Source: Takakia lepidozioides (lineage: Eukaryota > Plantae > Bryophyta). From it: a stretch of DNA of 64,000 nucleotides. Made by a program: the position numbers and the translations under genes. Position 1 is the stretch's first letter. Each line of letters starts with the position of its first letter. Positions 12,638-24,389 of the stretch are shown here, piece by piece. The notes below the pieces were generated by a model. That model was not told where the DNA came from. It searched no databases and worked only from the letters and a program-made list of their open reading frames with translations. Where the stretch lies: contig CM060734.1 in the NCBI GenBank assembly GCA_030704615.1, forward strand, positions 60,574,001 to 60,638,000, read 5' to 3'.

Positions 12638-13579
12638 GCTGTCGAAGCTCAATTGATACATTTAGTTGTAGTCCAGCTCGGAAATAAGAGAATATTGTCT
12701 TTTACAAATACAAATGTCAACTGTCGAGTCCCAGCATTTCTCTACAGAATGTACACAATTTTGACAATAGAAAATCCTCGGATTTACGCATCAATCTGTA
12801 CAGTGTACATCGTCCCGACGATGACTAAATCTGATGGCTTGCAAGTTACATTTGTCCGAAGATGGGGGCATGGAGTGTCGCGGCCCTTTGCCTTGAGGGC
12901 AGGGGGTCGGGACACAAGAGGGGCTGCCCCTGTGGTGGGGGCAGTGGCAGCGATAGGTATGGGGGGCTGAAGCACCCTTGAGTGCCCAAAGCACTCAAAG
13001 AGGCAGAGGCGCTCACTAGGTGGAGCCCCGCACACCGGGTTACGGTGGGGGTGGCTCCACAAGGGGTGGTGGTAGCTTAGCGGGACTTAGTGGGGGTGGC
13101 ATAGGACTCACCCTGGGGCGGAGACCTCCTGGTGGGAGTCGTGGGGAGTCTTGGGACTCATCACGGTCCATAGGGGCCGTGGTGAGTGGGCCAAGACTCA
13201 CCGCGACTCATCACCGGGAGTCGAGGGTGTTCGTGGTGGTTCGCCATAAAATGGCATGGTTGTTTGTGAAACCCCCGCGGACAGCTACAGAAGTATATAT
13301 AGGGAGTAGTAACCCCGAGAACGGTGCAAGCCCGTTGGTGACCAAAAGCTAGTGAGTAAGCGAGCGAGCCGGAAAGCGACCAAAGAGTGGGGAGCTGTTC
13401 CGGACTGCCAACTACCAAAGGGAATTCCGCTGGTTCTAAATCGTTGGAGGGTTCTTTGGGAGATCAAAGGGGGGACCGTTATGTCCCGGTGAGCAGCCGA
13501 AGCTCCAAGTTGGCCCGGCGGCCAGGTTGGGAGTTAGGCGCGCGCATCAAGCGAGTAACTATGACTTGAGGGGGGAGCT

Positions 13580-13835
13580 TGCCGAAGTGAGGTGCGCGAC
13601 ATGGAGGAACAGCTCGGTGACGATGAGAGAGAAGAAGCCGATCATGGCAAGCTTAAGACGACCATTCCAGCGCTCAGCCCTGACGTCGAAGCTCTGGGCG
13701 TCGGTGGATTCTCCATTCATGATTGGCACCAAGGACGCGTATGTGAGCAGTTGCACAACGATCAAGAAACATATGAGGCCGGTAGTTCCCGTGTTGAACA
13801 ACTAGTCCAGCACTGTCAATCCGGTCATCTTCTCC
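13580..13835 (-). pseudogene. ELIP: Early light-induced protein (LHC-like) C-terminal fragment
   Basis: EKMTGLTVLD*LFNTG...VQLLTYASLVPIMNGESTDAQSF...AERWNGRL..AMIGFFSLIVTE. Contains an in-frame stop, small indels and no N-terminus. Confidence 0.8.
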
Positions 13836-14002
13836 GGTCGTTGTGTACTATGGATCTGGACAGTCCTGAACTGCCCGTGTTGAAACACTAAAGCAAACTG
13901 CTGCTAATCAGCAAAGATTCTCCGATTCACAGGCATTGGGTGCTCACAAGGCTCGCAAAAGCGATAGGTATATACTTCAGTGGGATTATTAGAGGTATCT
14001 AC

Positions 14003-14812
14003 CAGTGTTGGGCGGTTCTTGCATTTGTGAAGGAACCTTCGGTTCCGGTTCCACAATTATTTCAAGAGACGGTTCCGGATCCGGTTCCGGTTTTTTTTTA
14101 TTGAGCCGGTTCCGGTCCCAACTTTTAAACATGGGGGCGGTTCCGGTTACCGGTTAGTTGCTGATAAAAACCATCGGTTCCCGGTTAGGTTCCGGTTCTA
14201 TTTTAAAAATATATTTGTTTAATTTAATTAGATTTAAAATATTTTATCTCAGTCCGGTAGATTAAATAGTAGTGTATTCACATATTTGAACTAAAATCCA
14301 ACGATTTTGTTAGTTTTCACTAACACAAAAAAACAAACAAAAATACTCTAAATAAACTGGTAGAAGAAAATGGGTAAAATTTTATGGGTTGAAAGTACTA
14401 TTCAGCTACATGGCAAGTATTGGGATCTTCAAACATTTTATTGATGAACTTAGCCAGGATATCATGGAGCTGGAGATTGAGCCCAAGATCTCATGGTGCT
14501 GAAGCATTGAACATAGAATCTCATGGCCTTCAAGCATTGAACCCAGGATATCAGGAGCTTGAGAGCATTAAATAAGTTTGCCCGGGGCCACCAGCCCCAC
14601 CAAGGGGTCAAGAACAAGAACATGTTTTTATCCCCCCTACCCCGGTTCTCCGGTTCTCACACCCAGCAGGAACCGCCGGTTCGGTTCTGCGCCGATCCCC
14701 ATTGGCAAGTTCCGGTTCCAGGTCAGGTTTTGTAGGAATGGGCCCGGTTCCGGTTAACCTGAACCTGAACCGACGGTTAACCTGGGTCCCGGCGGGTAAC
14801 CGCCCAACACTG
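14003..14812. mobile_element. hAT-superfamily non-autonomous element (MITE-like)
   Basis: 15-bp TIR cagtgttgggcggtt / aaccgcccaacactg; perfect 8-bp TSD gtatctac (13995-14002, 14813-14820); many subterminal ccggtt/ggttcc motifs. Confidence 0.93.
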
Positions 14813-15218
14813 GTATCTACCGCACCTGGTGCTATCCTAGCTGCCGCCCAAGCTACGGGTCGCTCGGGCCAAGGTTTCCCTTTCTTAAAAGAAAAAGAAA
14901 AAGAAAATAGATCTTTCCATCGAGGACAATTGATTTATAATTAAAGATATAAAGATTAAAGATATAATTAAAGATATAATTAAAGATCATCCCAGCACTA
15001 GATTGATCGTTAATAGACTTCTGGCAATTCTTCATCCATCCATCACCGGCGACCGAGAACCGAAGCAACCGGTGGACACAGCCCTGGCGGGAAAGCGAAG
15101 ACAAGGCTGCGCGTTGAGAGAAAGAGAGAGAGAGCGAGGATGTGGAGGAGTGTGCGTGGCGTGCAGTGAAGACGGGGCGGGGCAGGAGGCAGGCGGGGAC
15201 TGCCTGCATTGTGCAGCC

Positions 15219-18200
15219 ATGGCGTTGGCCTTCGACGAGTATGGGCGATCCTTCATCATCATCCGCGAGCAAGAGCAGAAATCGCGGGTCCGTGGCCTGG
15301 ATGCACAGAAGGCCAACATCATGGCGGCCAAATCCGTGGCGCGCATTTTGCGAACCTCTCTTGGGCCCAAGGGCATGGACAAGATGTTGCAGAGCGCCGA
15401 CGGCGACGTTACCATCAGTAAGAACAACTTCTTGTCTTCTTAGTATTATGTGGTAATTACCCTCTCAGTACGCAGTTTTTGCTTTATAACTCTCCTCCCC
15501 GTGATATTTGAGTTTGTCTTCTTATTGTTTCGTCAGGTTTCTTTCTGGAGATGTGTCTTGGTCACTTTTTGTTTTTCGGTTGTGTGTCATCAAGCATTAG
15601 AATATTGTCATCACTCAATCAAGGAAATTGTTGTCTTTAGGTTTATGTCAACTTCTTACCCAGTTAATGTCCAGTTGTGCTTCGCTGCGAGGTTTAGTTA
15701 CTATGACCTCTGGATGGATAACAACTGCACACAGCTCCAGTAAAAAATAAAATTGTCTTTGTTTGTGTGGGAATTTATGTTATTTAACTACTCTGGTGTT
15801 TCTAGTTTCTACCCCTGTGTGCTCCTCCACGGTTGTCTTTTCAATTTTTTGGAGTTTGTATCTAACTCTGGACTTCTCTCTATGGCTCATGCAGTGCTTC
15901 TGCATTCCTCGTTTTTTTTCCGCCTATTAGGGATGTGTTCAAGGATAATAAGTTCCACAGGACAATTTCACGAACCTTAAATATACATTACACATGTTGA
16001 AGAACCTTATGCTGTTCTCGCATTTTGGCCACAGAGATCTGGCAAAGGTAGGGTTAAAAAAACAGGCTTTGGCACACTGCTTGTTGCTTGCAAGGTCAAC
16101 CCTTTGGCAATGAACTGACATTTAGGTGTTTTGTGATGTATGGCAGCAAATGATGGGGCGACAATTTTGGAGCAGATGGAGGTTGAAAACCAAATAGGAA
16201 AGCTGATGGTGGAGCTCTCGCGAAGCCAGGACTACGAGATTGGTGATGGAACAACTGGCGTGGTGGTATTGGCTGGAGCCTTACTTGAGCAGGCTGAGGT
16301 GCTGCTAGAGAGGGGCATTCATCCTATCCGGGTTGCTGAGGGCTATGAAATGGCTTCCAAGATGGCAGTTGATCACCTTTCACACATTGCACATAAATTC
16401 GAGTTCAGCCTCTCCAAAGATGAGGCGCTTGTCCAGACGTGCATGACCACCCTCTCTTCTAAGATGTACAAGTTTCTCTCTCTGAAGCCTTCACCCTTAG
16501 ACAATCGCTAGAACATTAATTGTGGTTTCTGGATTTGTTCCTCTCTCATGTTTTCTTCCATTTTGTCCCATAAGCTCTACGAGCTTTCCGCGGACGTTAT
16601 AAAGCACCATTTCATTTCATTTCATTTCTCTCTGAAGCTACATTGATTAACTCAACTTTATTTTGTACTTCACACAAACTTTCCCTCTCCCCTTCTGCTT
16701 CTTGTTCAAACAGATCTCTTTGAGACCTTTGCATCACGGATTATCAATCTATCACACGACTAGCCCAAAAGCAAGGGGTAATATCACTGCTGGACTGACC
16801 CCTGGGTTGGTGGTCTGGGTTGCAGTGTGGGACGGTGTAAGCGCATGTTGGCAGAGATTGCTGTAAAAGCAGTGCTGGCAGTGGCTGACCTAGAGAGGCA
16901 AGACGTGAATCTGGATCTGATCAAAGTGGAAGGGAAAGTGGGGGGAAAGCTTGAAGACACAGAGCTTGTCTACGGAATAGTGGTCGACAAGGATATGAGC
17001 CACCCCCAGATGCCAAAGAAAATTGAGAATGCTAAAATTGCCATCCTGACGTGCCCCTTTGAGCCTCCAAAGCCCAAGACCAAGCATAAGGTGGACATTG
17101 ACTCAATTGAGAAGTTTGAAGCTTTGCGCGACTCTGAGAAGAAGTACTTCGATGAGATGGTGCAGCAGTGCAAGGTATGGGATATGTTTCTTTCCCTGTT
17201 CTGCAGCTTTTGGAAACTTGGATAGCAAAGTTATCTGATCTCTGTACTTCTGTGCAGGATGCTGGTGCCACACTAGTGATCTGTCAATGGGGTTTTGATG
17301 ACGAAGCCAATCATTTGCTGATGCACCGTGGGTTGCCAGCTGTACGGTGGGTTGGAGGAGTGGAGTTGGAACTCATTGCTATTGCCACAGGTTTTTGTTA
17401 TTCTTGCTCTTCCTGTGATGTCCTTTGATTACTGGCTGCTTTTGCTGCTGATTTGCAGTGCATCCTTCTCTTTCTTAGTTCGAAAGCTTATGGATGTGTT
17501 CCTCTCCCATAACTGTAGAGTTGGCTGCTTTGTTGCAGGTGGCCGCATTGTCCCAAGATTTCAGGAGCTTACACCCGATAAGCTGGGCAAGGTAGGGCAC
17601 ACTACTTTTAGAATTGAGGAATATGGGAAACATCAGGACCCAACAGTAGGAAATTGTAACATGACACAGGTAGTCTCGTGATTATAAAAACATATTTGGC
17701 TCTTGGGAAATTGTGGTTTCTTGATGAGGTGGAGGTGCTGGCAGGAAGCCATTTTCCTGGTTTGCAAACAACATTAACTTGATTATTGATCATCAGTGAA
17801 GGTATTTGATTCGAGATTGAATGACTTGTTATGTTTGGATGCTAAATGTCTTTTGTGGGTACCTTTTCAGGCTGGATTGGTGCGGGAGAAAAGCTTTGGA
17901 ACAACAAAGGACCGAATGCTGTACATTGAACAGTGTGCCAATTCGAGAGCTGTCACCATCTTCATTCGTGGTGGTAGGTTCTTCCCTCTGGTGTGTGTTT
18001 GTGCAAGCAAGAAAGAGACCTTGGGCTTCCTGTGTGCCAAGGGCTTCTATTTTGGGCCTTTGGGAGGCCTTTGGCTTTTTGTTACCCTGGTGGTTTCTTG
18101 ACCTTGCTGACATGTTATACAAAGAGGTTTTCAAAATCCTGATGATCTGGTGTTCTGTTGGCTCTTAACTCTTTGTGGAAAGGAAACAAAATGATGATTG

Positions 18201-19223
18201 AGGAGACAAAGCGGAGTCTGCATGATGCACTATGTGTGGCAAGAAACTTGATTCGTGACAATTCAATCGTGTTCGGTGGTGGATCAGCTGAGATTTCCTG
18301 TTCCTTGGCTGTTGAGGCGGCCGCTGATAAGATTCCGGGTGTGAAGCAGGTTCTGTCTCTCTCCTTGTTATAGTGTGTCGTTGCCGGGCATACCAGTTGC
18401 AGGCTGAGGCAATTGCTATGGCATTTCTGGATGGACTTGCATATCCTCGTAGGTGAAAGAAGTAACTCAGGGACCATGCCTTTTTGCATATACTGTAGTC
18501 CACTCACAGGAACAGTTGATGAGGAAATTTTTGTTCGCAATGTTGATGTGTTTGCTGTCCAAGAGTGGTGGTCTTGAATCAGTTTGCTTCTATGGATCAC
18601 TACAGGTTGAGTTTATGTTACTGATATGGGAGGCTTTGTTGGTTGGTTACAGTATGCCATGAGGGCATTTGCAGATGCACTTGATATGGTGCCCATGGCC
18701 CTTGCAGAGAACAGTGGTTTGCAGCCCATCAACACATTGACGGCTGTTAAAGCACAACAAATCAAGGTAAGAACCAGTTGGCTCTTTCATAGAGTTGTCT
18801 GACCAAATAGGGAATAGTGGTTGCAAGGAGTTGATTACTTAGTCAATGCTCTTTGGCCTCCTTTTCTCTCTCACTCGTGGAGTGAGGCTTCAGGAATTCT
18901 AGTGGCCAGGTGTCTGTATTCTTACCTTCCCTCTCATTTGGCGTGCCATCTGAAGGGAATTTCCATTGCAAGCACTGATCTCCACCTCCCCCTCTCTTCC
19001 CAATCTTTCTTCTATCAGAGTATCAATGTGACCTTCTCTTCACAACTGGCAGGAACGGAACCCATACTTGGGGATTGACTGCAATGACACAGGGACAAAT
19101 GACATGAGAGAGCAAAACGTGTTCGAGACACTGATTGGTAAAAAGCAGCAGATGCTTCTGGCAACCCAGGTGGTGAAAATGATTCTCAAGATTGATGATG
19201 TGATTACTCCCTCGGGTTATTAG
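15219..19223 (+). CDS. CCT5: T-complex protein 1 subunit epsilon (CCT chaperonin). Exons 15219-15417, 16147-16465, 16826-17174, 17258-17390, 17539-17591, 17871-17973, 18183-18349, 18653-18766, 19053-19223
   Basis: [75 protein letters not shown] introns keep the frame. Confidence 0.97.
16489..16628 (+). mobile_element. 5'-truncated RTE-X-like LINE 3' end in CCT5 intron 2
   Basis: Nearly identical to 51655-51793; (ATTTC)n tail; TSD tctctgaagc at 16479-16488 and 16629-16638. Confidence 0.9.
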
Positions 19224-19879
19224 GCACCCTTATGTCTGTTGTGGTTGTAATATGCTGATTTAGCCCGTGAGACACCAGATTTATTCTGGCACTTAAACAT
19301 TGTCAAGCCCAATCATGATTGCAGCCCTGCCGTCTGCTAAAGTGGCGCCCTGGAACCTTCGAGAGTTTTGTGGAGTTCCCAATGTGCGGGCTCTTGTCTT
19401 GGAGATGTTTCTGAACACACATAGTGAAGTTGGCAAATGTAATGCATTAGCTGAATTTTTGGAAGAGGTATGTGGTTAACCTTGAAGGACCCCAAACCCA
19501 ATTGGCCAAAGTTGGGCTTGACACCCCTTGCCCTCTATTAGTAAAGCTTCCAGAAAATTTTGACCGCAAAACTCAAAAGATTGTGATGTCCTTGATGTTT
19601 TTTTTCTTGTCCTTGGGATGTTTTAGTTGGGTGAATGTTTGTTTTCTTACGAGTGGGTAAATCTTTTTGGATGGTTCTATGGATTTCTTATGTTTCACTT
19701 GTTTGTCAGCAAAGTATCTACTTGTCGGTGTGGGTCAAAAGTCTGAATTGTATTGCTTCATTTATGACTTCTCCTTTGTTCCTTTTTAGTAAAACAACCG
19801 TGAATAGAGAGAGAGATGACTCCGGCCAAAGCCAACGTAACTAAGAGCCACTTTGCCTTGTGGCTACTGCCCCTGCAAA

Positions 19880-20030
19880 CGAGATTAAAAGGCTGAACAG
19901 ATTGTCTGAGCTGATGAAGGAGGCCGGGTACACTCGCCTTGCATTAGATGATGTGGAGGAGGAGCAAAGGAAATCTGTATGCTACCACAGTGAGAGACCA
20001 GGCTGTTGGGCTCATCAGTACGCCCGATGT
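19880..20030 (+). pseudogene. DYW-domain fragment
   Basis: LNRLSELMKEAGYTRLALDDVEEEQRKSVCYHSER...VGLISTP, matching the E+/DYW region of 29243-29600. Confidence 0.75.
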
Positions 20031-20134
20031 CCACGTGCTCTGTGAAATATCTGTTTACCATGCTTACCCCAACCTCCTCTATAATATGCATCCATGTCAT
20101 AATAGATCAGAATACCAAATAGTGTCACTATTAA

Positions 20135-21111
20135 CCCTTAAGGGCCTGCCATTGGGCAAATTTCACCCCTAAAAAAAAAAATCCTCTAGTTAGTTAATTG
20201 AGGCTACACACCTACCCTGATACATCCAAAAAAATTGAACCTTACCAGGTTTATCTTGTGTACCATATACATCTACTCATCAAATTGTGGAAAAATTAAC
20301 ATAAATCATGAAAGATTTTAGTGTTTTAGTGAGAGGGTTTTTTTTTTGGGATTTTGTAAAGTATAGAATTTGATCTTTGACCAAACTATTTAGGTGATGG
20401 GTGGATTTTTCCTGCTCCTATCTCCCACATAGAAATGTGGTATGTTGTCATAGCCAACTACTTTGGAAGTTTCAAATCAACCAACCTTTCCTTTTAGGGT
20501 CCTTTGTATGTATTTGAGGTGAGGGCAAAATGTCCTCCATAGCTTACTAAGTCAAAGTGAGCCCTCACAAGAAATCCACTCCTTGATAAAGTTGTTTCAC
20601 TCAATCGCTCTGGTGAGGGTGTGACATGTAATACAATAGTGAGCCTAGAAAAAAAAAACTAGATCCAACGGTACAATCTACAAATGTAGGCCCCCGAGTG
20701 GACAAGTTACTTTCCTGCCCACATGTCTGCAAATTACCTCCCCCAGTAGAGGTTTCCTGCGACTGTTGAAGGGCGACGTAAACTTTCAACCTCTATGGCG
20801 GGTGGGCAGGGTGTGTAGTGTAGTTCACTGCCAGCATGCCGGCTAACGCGTGCCAATAATATCTCGCCACGCAGATGGTCAACTTTGCGTGGCCCCTCCC
20901 TATGCTCCAATATTATGACCCCTGCGTTTTCTAGAAAATCTACATGTCAGAGAATTTATTAGAATATACTGCTTTCAATCTGAGAAGGTGGGCCATGTTG
21001 CCAGAATATTAATTGTAATTGAAACCATTGAAAAATATTAAAATCTGCGAAAAGTAGAGAAAAAAATGTACTTCCTCAAAACCTGAATCAGGTCTCTTGG
21101 GCCCTTAAGGG
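20135..21111. mobile_element. piggyBac-like non-autonomous element
   Basis: TTAA|CCCTTAAGGGCC ... GGCCCTTAAGGG|TTAA: 12-bp TIR with CCC/GGG termini and TTAA on both sides (20131-20134, 21112-21115). Confidence 0.65.
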
Positions 21112-21699
21112 TTAAAGGATGAATATGATGGATGATTGGGATGTTTATTTCAATTTGATTTTTAATTTTTTGGGATTTTTGTTTTGTTTTGTTTTTGTTT
21201 TGTTGAAGAAAGTGGCCGCAGGGAGACCCAAATATATTAAAGAGGAAAAAAACAAGGCGTGAGATAGAGGGAGGCCCTGCCATTGTTTTATTGATATGAA
21301 GTGTAACATGTGTCCAAATGGGAACTAAAAACTTCCATGTTCCCATTAAGTCTCATGGGAACAACCCATGATATAAGGTTAAGGTCACTTTGGCCAACTT
21401 GATGCATAGTTCCTACCCTGTCGGGTAGGACCAATAAACCTCTCATGACATGCCATGGAAGCTGAGGAAGGGGACACCGCCCCGTAACTAGAGTATCACA
21501 AGGTAGGTCCTAACATAAGTCTTCGTGGCAGCGAGATTCCTACATAATCAAATATAGTCTAGGGGATGTTCCTCCTGTATTTAGAGGGCTCCAAGGAGAG
21601 CTGGGCCTTTGATTTGCCCTTGCCAAAGCTGCGCCTGTGCCTCCAATTCACATCAGATTCTTATCTGGGGGTAGAGACGGGTGCTAATAGAGCTGGCAG

Positions 21700-22150
21700 C
21701 ACGCTGGGAGGGAGTCGTCCCATGCAACATAGAGGTACCAGAGGTTCTGTTGCATAGGATGCCGCGTTTCGCCCAATTGTTGTAAAAGCTAGAGAGTAGT
21801 TGCCCTCTCCTTCTCTTTGAAGCTCTGGAAAAAATTACACATAGAACATTCCACGCTTTTCTTACTTCAAACATCAAGTCTGAGTGAACCCTATGCACCA
21901 CAATGCTCACACAGCGAGATTGACCATCATAGACGAGAACATTTGGACTTCCAAAGGTTCCACAAAGTGTGGGCGCGCAGGGCCGCCCACACCGCGGGCA
22001 GTGACTCCGAATGGACTGCCGACATTTAACAGAAGAATATAATGTGTCATGGGAGTGGCGGAGTTCCAAAGACCATAGAACGTCCGAATGAGACTCCATA
22101 CTGAAACATCCAAGGTGCAATCCATGAGACAATGTTCCATCGTTTTGTTT
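21700..22150 (-). mobile_element. L1-like LINE 3' fragment (zf-RVT region)
   Basis: EHCLMDC...VW and TLWNLWKSKC..YDGQ motifs, in shifted frames. Confidence 0.55.
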
Positions 22151-22402
22151 TCAAGGTTTTGGCAGAATGAGCAACCTTGGCCTAACTCACCACTAGAGAT
22201 CCATGAATTAAGGTCACTTTCTCAATTGTCCACATCGTCATACTATCTTATACAAATGAACTATTGGAAAGAAAAAAGGAAAAGAAGAACTATTGAAATT
22301 TGTCCCTACTAACTTACATTGTCTATGTTCACATACAACTTCATAGATTTCCATCCTATGCATCACATGCCGGTTTCAACTTGAAATTCAGGCCACCACC
22401 TG

Positions 22403-22650
22403 TCGGTGGCTAAGTTGAATAGAGCACAGAGTGCCACCCAAGTGATTTTGGGTACAAATTCTGCTACCTTGTCGGGTGTGGTATAACTCCCCCTTCCCTT
22501 GGGCCATGTCCGTGAGCCTTGTGCTCGGTGCCTCATGGCAAGGTTATTATGAAGGAGGTTATTTTTTCCTCTCATTATAATTGATAAGGGGCCTGATTTG
22601 TGAGCGGCGCTCCCGGGTATTTCCTTTTAAAATGTTTAAAAAAAAGAAAA
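22403..22650 (+). mobile_element. tRNA-derived SINE, degenerate
   Basis: A-box-like tggctaagttg, degenerate B-box, 3' segment gggcctgatttgtgag...gctcccggg shared with 23594-23625, A-rich tail. Confidence 0.5.
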
Positions 22651-23223
22651 GCATCAACCCGATGCATAGGCCCTGACTTAGACTTCCTATACTTTCCAAA
22701 CGAACTCCAATTTACATGAAATTCACACAGCATCATGTCGGAAGCCCACCTATCCCTAAGTTTCCAGAAAATTTTAGTACCTTCTTTGTAAGGGGGTGTC
22801 TCTACATGACTAGACGCACATTTGAGAGACTTTGGAATATGAAAAACAAAACTTATCTTGCTTTTTCTCAAATCCGCGGCTGCGGTCCCAACGTTTCCTG
22901 TCCAGTTGGGAGTTGTTGATCATAAAACATGGATGAAATCCATGCATGGGAAATGGGGCTATGCGGTCTCGCCCTCTAATTTCACAGCAGCCCCTTTGTT
23001 TGCAGTTGAACCCAATCTCCGTTTCAGGTTTGGACATAGAACCAGGTTGTAGCCCAGTGGTAATGGGCACATACCACCTTGGAAGTGGTTTTGGGTTCAA
23101 TCCACCGATTCGTGTCACAAAGGTGTCCACCTTCCTACTGGAAGGCAGTATGGTCACGAGACACCATAATTGAGACACTATAATTTAGAGACCATTAGGC
23201 TTCCTAGGGAGGCGTCATATATA

Positions 23224-24112
23224 CCGTACTTACCTAGCTTATTATGCAATAATTAATTCAAAATCAAGTGCCTAATTAAATTTAGAACTTTTTTGGAAAA
23301 TGTGCCTAAAACTTGGAAAAATGCTCCTGAGAAGTGCCTAATTGCTCGAAAACTGTGAAAAACAAAAACCAAAATGTCCAAAAAATGCCTACATTGTATT
23401 ATTTAAAGTCCAAAAAATGGCAAAAATACATCAGCTGGTAAGTGCACAGTGTGTCGCCCTGGTGGTTCAGGGTTCAAAACCCGCTGCCCTTCCTGGTGTG
23501 TGGATTGTTCGTGACCGGTTGGTCTGGTGGTGACGTTCCCACCTGTGTGCCTAATGTCTTATCTGAAAGGGGGTTGATTTTTCCCCCTCCTCAAGGGCCT
23601 GAATTGTGAGGAGTCGCTCCCAGGTTTCCTTTTTTTTCAATAATAATAAAATGCCTACAATTACCTCAACAATAGTTTTTGAGGGAGGTAAAAAACAATT
23701 GTTCATTATGTTATTTTGTTATGGACGTGGTGCCTTTGCATAAGAACCGTAGATCCTTGATAAGAGTGGATGAATGTTTTCTCAACGAACTATATTAAGG
23801 CTCAACATAAGATCTAGCAACTATGGAGGTGTGCTAACAAAGAGGAGAGCCATATTTTCATAACACATATCAAGTAACGCTCTAGTCATGCCATTTTCAA
23901 GTGTAAATGTTTACAGACCAAAGATATCATCACATTAAGGGTGACATAACAAAAAGTAGGTAACATTTATCCATGGTCGACTGTAATACATGCCTAATGT
24001 TTGGAATTTACCTAGGTGAGGTGCCTAAATAATAAAAACGAGTCTGCCTAAATACATTCTTTTTTTATTAATTATTAGGCGCGGAAGTGCCTAATAAGCT
24101 AGGTAAGCATGG
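23224..24112. mobile_element. Tc1/mariner (pogo-like) MITE
   Basis: ~25-bp imperfect TIR (ccgtacttacctagcttattatgca / reverse complement ccatgcttacctagcttattaggca), flanked by TA. Confidence 0.8.
23431..23652 (+). mobile_element. tRNA-derived SINE nested in the pogo-like MITE
   Basis: tcagctggtaag (A box) ... ggttcaaaaccc (B box); tail tttttttcaataataataaa. Confidence 0.6.
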
Positions 24113-24389
24113 TATATATATTTTAATTTTGGGTTTGGAGTTTGAACCCATGTCCAGATCCAGTACCCGCCAGATCCAACGCCAGTCGTTGCGTACGCGC
24201 CAAATATAGATCTAACGGTGTCAGACTGTCGACGATCAATCGGCTTGATTTCTCCTGCGATGTTTGTTGCTTTTGTGTTGTGTATTTGCGAGTTGGATAG
24301 TGAGGCAGGCCTGCCAGTGACTCTGCTGCATTCCTGCACTGCACACTTGTTCGCTCACACTTTGGGACTCGCTCATTTCACTTGTCACC

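Noticed and set aside
15003-15218. N-terminal extension of CCT5 suggested by the ORF track
   Set aside because: It starts at TTG and spans a GA-rich 5' UTR; the conserved start is MALAFDE at 15219.
23431-23500. tRNA gene
   Set aside because: A and B boxes are present but no complete cloverleaf; it continues into a SINE body and tail.
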